From contig JACMJS010000306.1 in the NCBI GenBank assembly GCA_014380515.1, positions 1-37,827 on the forward strand: a DNA stretch of 37,827 bases, given 5' to 3'. Within the stretch, counting starts at the first letter, position 1; every line of letters begins with the position of its first letter. This stretch comes from Chlorobiales bacterium (GTDB lineage Bacteria; Bacteroidota; Chlorobiia; Chlorobiales; JACMJS01). Of the stretch, positions 36,924 to 37,827 are shown one piece after another. Below the pieces are notes generated by a model. That model did no database searches. It saw only the letters and a list, made by a program, of their open reading frames with translations, and was not told the DNA's origin. Made by a program: the position numbers and the translations under genes.

Positions 36924-37827
36924 ATGAACTCACTTCTGAGCATCGCCATTTTGCTTCCGTTTGTACTTGCCTTGCCGCTTCTGTTCTTCGACCGCAAAAA
37001 CGAAGGGTTGATTAAATTTTATACGCTCTTCGTCTCGCTTGCCACCTTCGCCATATCGCTCGTGCTCTATTTTAATTTTGATAGCAATGCGTCGGGCTTT
37101 CAATTTCAGGAAGAGGCGTTGCAGCATTGGCTCGGCGGCGATTTGGATGTGAAGTATAGCGTAGGGCTGGACGGCAACGCGATCTTACTGTTCGTCTTTA
37201 CCGCGTTTCTCTTTCCCGTCGTCATCATCGGTTCGTTCGGCCACGCGGTCGAAAAAGACCTGCGCGAATATTTTTTCTTTATGCTACTCTTGGAGACGGG
37301 CGTGCTCGGCGTGTTCAGTGCCACCGATCTGTTTCTCTTCTATATTTTCTGGGAAGCGATGCTCATTCCGATGTACTTTCTCATCGGCGTTTGGGGCGGA
37401 TCGAACCGCATTTATGCAGGCACGAAGTTTTTCATCTACACGATGTTCGGCTCGCTGCTCATGCTCGTCGGCATTATTTATCTCGGTTACTACGCACGCG
37501 ACTCCAACGGCGGCATCTTTACCACCGATTATCAAAAACTCATCACCGCGCCCTTGCCGACGAGCGTGCAAGAGATTTTATTCTGGGCGTTCGGCATTTC
37601 ATTCTTTATCAAAGTCCCGCTCTTCCCGCTCCACACGTGGCTGCCCGACGCCCACACCGAAGCCCCGACCGCCGGTTCAGTCATCCTCGCTGGCGTGCTG
37701 TTGAAGATGGGCACGTACGGTTTAATCCGCTTCAACCTGATGCTGTTCCCCGCGGCCTCCGCAACCTTTGCGCCGTTCGTTTGCGTGCTGGCGGTGATCG
37801 GAATTATTTACGGCGCGCTTATAGCGA
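36924..37827 (+). CDS. nuoM: NADH-quinone oxidoreductase subunit M (3'-truncated by window edge; absent from the ORF track)
   Basis: Manual translation MNSLLSIAILLPF...VGLDG...DLFLFYIFWEAMLIPMYFLIGVWGG...IKVPLFPLHTWLPDAHTEAPTAGSVILAGVLLKMGTYG. Confidence 0.95.
   Translation, partial: MNSLLSIAILLPFVLALPLLFFDRKNEGLIKFYTLFVSLATFAISLVLYFNFDSNASGFQFQEEALQHWLGGDLDVKYSVGLDGNAILLFVFTAFLFPVVIIGSFGHAVEKDLREYFFFMLLLETGVLGVFSATDLFLFYIFWEAMLIPMYFLIGVWGGSNRIYAGTKFFIYTMFGSLLMLVGIIYLGYYARDSNGGIFTTDYQKLITAPLPTSVQEILFWAFGISFFIKVPLFPLHTWLPDAHTEAPTAGSVILAGVLLKMGTYGLIRFNLMLFPAASATFAPFVCVLAVIGIIYGALIA

Overview
A 37.8-kb window of bacterial chromosome, roughly mid-50s % GC by eye. Gene content and promoter style (TAnnTTTG boxes, OmpP1/FadL plus lipoprotein cluster, DUF2851, propeller-YYY kinase) suggest the Bacteroidota-Chlorobiota-Ignavibacteria group, possibly Chloroherpeton-like; this is inference. 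In order: partial DUF1501, two orphan sensor kinases (TPR-HK, propeller-YYY-HK), DUF2851, GT2, MltD-like transglycosylase, TPR lipoprotein, pyrK, FadL-like OMP with two low-complexity lipoproteins (one with CxxCH), YjbH-like OMP, Fic, metallophosphoesterase, glgP, NAD epimerase, Crp/Fnr, LVIVD protein, two alpha/beta hydrolases around an AT-rich orphan, and nuoK-nuoL-nuoM interrupted by a 79-aa ORF and a large 4xGAF-PAS kinase. Non-coding highlights: a self-contained ~87-nt structured RNA with its own promoter and terminator (26800-26886, minus), a 143-bp MITE with TIRs and a perfect 8-bp TSD (11236-11378), and two REP-like palindrome families, one bracketing the kinase inside the nuo cluster. 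No CRISPR array, rRNA, tRNA or transposase was seen.
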